DNA of 64,000 nt, taken from contig DITS01000001.1 of NCBI GenBank assembly GCA_002422205.1, positions 19,221 through 83,220 of the forward strand. Direction: 5' to 3'. Origin of the DNA: Alphaproteobacteria bacterium UBA6178. Its GTDB lineage: Bacteria; Pseudomonadota; Alphaproteobacteria; Rickettsiales; UBA3002. Below, one piece after another: positions 61,878 to 64,000 of this stretch. Both the position numbers and the translations under genes were made by a program. Below the pieces are notes generated by a model. It was not told the DNA's origin. It saw nothing but the letters and a program-made list of their open reading frames with translations, and did no database searches. The first letter of the stretch is position 1. The number at the start of each line of letters is the position of its first letter.

Positions 61878-62804
61878 ATGGCCGCGCCCAAAGCAGAAAA
61901 TCCCACCGACGAGGAAACGCTCAGCATCGTTGAAGGTATCAGCACCATCGTCAAAAATCCCGAAGCACTCAGTGAAGAAGCCCGCATGGCCAAAGATTTT
62001 CTAGCCACGCAAGGGGTTGAGTGGGGTTTGCATCTGCTCGCTGCATTACTCATCTTTTTTATCGGTAAATGGTTTGCCAAAAAAATTATGATTGCTGTGC
62101 GCAAGCTCATGGTGCGTAGCAAGGTCGATGACACGCTGGTCGATTTTGTAGGCAACATGCTGTATGCGCTGGCACTCACCTTTGTCGCGATTGCGGCGAT
62201 CAGCCAGTTGGGTGTCAACACCACCTCGCTTGCCGCAGTGGTGGCCGCAGCCGGTTTAGCAATCGGCCTGTCATTGCAAAGCTCGCTATCCAATCTTGCC
62301 GCCGGGGTGATGATTATTACCTTCCGCCCGTTCCGCCGTGGAGACTATGTCGAAATCGCCAATACCGCCGGGTCGGTGCAAGAGGTGAATATGTTCACCA
62401 CCACCCTCACTTCGCCCGATAATAAAACGATTATCGTGCCTAATGGTTCGGTCATTTCCAATAATATCATCAATTATTCCGCTATGGCCACGCGCCGCGT
62501 TGATCTGACATTCGGCGTCAGCTACAGCGATGATTTGCGTAAGGTGAAAGCGGTATTGCATGAGATTCTGGAAGCTGATGATCGGGTACTCAAAGACCCC
62601 GAACCCACCATTGCCATTGGCGCGCTTGCCGATAGCAGCGTCAATGTATTATGCCGACCATGGGTTAAATCCGCCGATTACTGGGCTGTCTACTGGGATT
62701 TAATGGAGCGCGTCAAGCTTCGCTTCGACGAGGAAGGCATCACCATCCCATTCCCGCAACGCGAAACCCGCATGATCTATCTCAACAAACCGCAGGATGT
62801 GTAA
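61878..62804 (+). CDS. mscS: small-conductance mechanosensitive channel (MscS family)
   Basis: ATG at 61878; the track ORF starts at a TTG 6 nt earlier. GLAIGLSLQSSLSNLAAGVMIITFRPFRRGDYVEI and NNIINYS motifs. Confidence 0.88.
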   Translation: MAAPKAENPTDEETLSIVEGISTIVKNPEALSEEARMAKDFLATQGVEWGLHLLAALLIFFIGKWFAKKIMIAVRKLMVRSKVDDTLVDFVGNMLYALALTFVAIAAISQLGVNTTSLAAVVAAAGLAIGLSLQSSLSNLAAGVMIITFRPFRRGDYVEIANTAGSVQEVNMFTTTLTSPDNKTIIVPNGSVISNNIINYSAMATRRVDLTFGVSYSDDLRKVKAVLHEILEADDRVLKDPEPTIAIGALADSSVNVLCRPWVKSADYWAVYWDLMERVKLRFDEEGITIPFPQRETRMIYLNKPQDV

Positions 62805-62805
62805 C

Positions 62806-63846
62806 ATGGATTATCGCAAGTTGGGTAATACGGATATCCAGGTCAGCACCATTTGTCTGGGCACCATGACATGGGGCGAGCAAAACACCGAAGCCGACGC
62901 CCATGCGCAGCTCGATTATGCGCTAGCACAGGGTGTCAATTTTATCGATGTGGCTGAAATGTATCCGGTACCGCCGCGTGCCGCCACGCAAGGGCGCACC
63001 GAATCCTATATCGGCAGTTGGCTTGCCCAGCGCGGCAGGCGTGACGATGTGATTATCGCCACCAAAGTGGTAGGCCGCTCACAGAATTTTGATTATCTGG
63101 GGCGTGGCGAAACCCGCCTCAACCGTGCCCAAATTCATGCCGCGATTGATGGCAGCCTCAAGCGCCTACAAACCGATTATGTCGACTTATACCAGCTGCA
63201 CTGGCCCGATCGCGCCACCAATTATTTCGGCGAGTTGGGCTATACTCACAAAGCCGACGATGACGCCATTGCACTAGAAGAAACGCTCAGCGCGCTGGCC
63301 GAGTTGATACAGGCTGGCAAAGTGCGGCATATCGGCTTATCGAACGACACGCCATGGGGTGTGGCGGAATGCCTGCGCCTGCATCGCGAGCAGCAATTGC
63401 CGCGTATCATGAGCGTGCAAAATCCCTACAGCCTGCTCAATCGCAGCTACGAGGTTGGGCTGGCCGAAATGTCGATCCGCGAGCAATGCGGTTTGCTCGC
63501 TTATTCGCCGCTGGGCTTTGGTGTGCTATCGGGCAAATATCTCGATGGCAAACAGCCCGATGGGGCGCGGCTTACTTTGTTTGAGCGTTTCCAGCGCTAT
63601 ACCGGCATCAAAGCCACCACCGCCACCGCCCGCTATGTGGCACTCGCGCATGAGCATGGGCTGGACCCCGCGCAAATGGCGCTGGCCTTTGTCACCATGC
63701 AGCCCTTTGTCACCAGCAATATTATCGGTGCCACCACGTTGGAACAGCTTACCAGTAATATCGGCAGTCAACGCCTCACCCTCCCCCCCGAGGTGCTCTC
63801 GGGCATTCAGGATATTCATCAGGACATTCCCAACCCCTGCCCGTGA
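62806..63846 (+). CDS. NADP-dependent aldo/keto reductase (Tas-like)
   Basis: ATG at 62806 (MDYRKLGNTDIQVSTICLGTMTWG), 1 nt after the mscS stop. DVAEMYP and LYQLHWPD motifs. Confidence 0.88.
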   Translation: MDYRKLGNTDIQVSTICLGTMTWGEQNTEADAHAQLDYALAQGVNFIDVAEMYPVPPRAATQGRTESYIGSWLAQRGRRDDVIIATKVVGRSQNFDYLGRGETRLNRAQIHAAIDGSLKRLQTDYVDLYQLHWPDRATNYFGELGYTHKADDDAIALEETLSALAELIQAGKVRHIGLSNDTPWGVAECLRLHREQQLPRIMSVQNPYSLLNRSYEVGLAEMSIREQCGLLAYSPLGFGVLSGKYLDGKQPDGARLTLFERFQRYTGIKATTATARYVALAHEHGLDPAQMALAFVTMQPFVTSNIIGATTLEQLTSNIGSQRLTLPPEVLSGIQDIHQDIPNPCP

Positions 63847-63984
63847 CCCTGCTCCTGCTCCCTGCTCTCGCCCCCTGTGCCCCTCCACCCTCCCCCGTCA
63901 TTACCCGCTTCATGCGGGTAATCCCCCTCACTCCCATTCGGCTATTAAAGATAAGTAGATTACCCGAACAAGTCGGGTAATGAC
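63847..63984. repeat. pyrimidine-rich short-period array (63847-63896) and H5 hairpin pair (63897-63922, 63959-63984)
   Basis: CCCTGCTCCTGCTCCCTGCTCTCGCCCCCTGTGCCCCTCCACCCTCCCCC; GTCATTACCCGC-ttcat-GCGGGTAAT; ATTACCCGA-acaag-TCGGGTAATGAC. Confidence 0.8.
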
Positions 63985-64000
63985 GCTGTGGGGATGGGAG

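Overview
This is a 64-kb chromosomal segment that looks alphaproteobacterial. The diagnostic gene order is dusB(nifR3)-ntrB-ntrC-ntrY-ntrX-trkA, a fused ispDF, a popZ-tolC-pcm neighbourhood, and ffs-dnaX-ybaB-recR. I call about 58 protein genes, mostly housekeeping. They cover aromatic amino-acid synthesis (chorismate mutase-hisC-tyrC), an rmlBADC/glycosyltransferase surface-sugar cluster, exbB-exbD-exbD-tonB, trkH and trkA, amtB, ftsK, lolA, glmU, ilvD and others. RNA genes are tRNA-Gly(GCC), tRNA-Cys(GCA) and an SRP (4.5S) RNA that the ORF track covers with spurious ORFs. There are three accessory-looking parts. (1) A 2.2-kb segment bracketed by a duplicated tRNA-Gly 3' end carries a DUF2971-like ORF, a 146-nt structured or TIR element and a membrane ORF, with no integrase. 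(2) The 16-20.5 kb stretch holds a divergent malonyl-CoA decarboxylase homolog, an orphan prepilin-like protein, membrane and lipoprotein ORFs and an orphan ORF. (3) A large RTX/beta-roll protein has a consensus sigma-54 promoter. The most unusual property of the window is non-coding. Almost every intergenic spacer longer than about 60 bp is built from a modular mosaic of short repeats. These are about 29 hairpins sharing a GTCAT flank but with different, compensatorily changed stems, several 85-90-bp elements, and period-7 tandem arrays that often abut start or stop codons. No CRISPR array, transposase, integrase or recognisable defence system was found. All calls come from reading the sequence and from remembered family signatures. 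No searches or computations were run.
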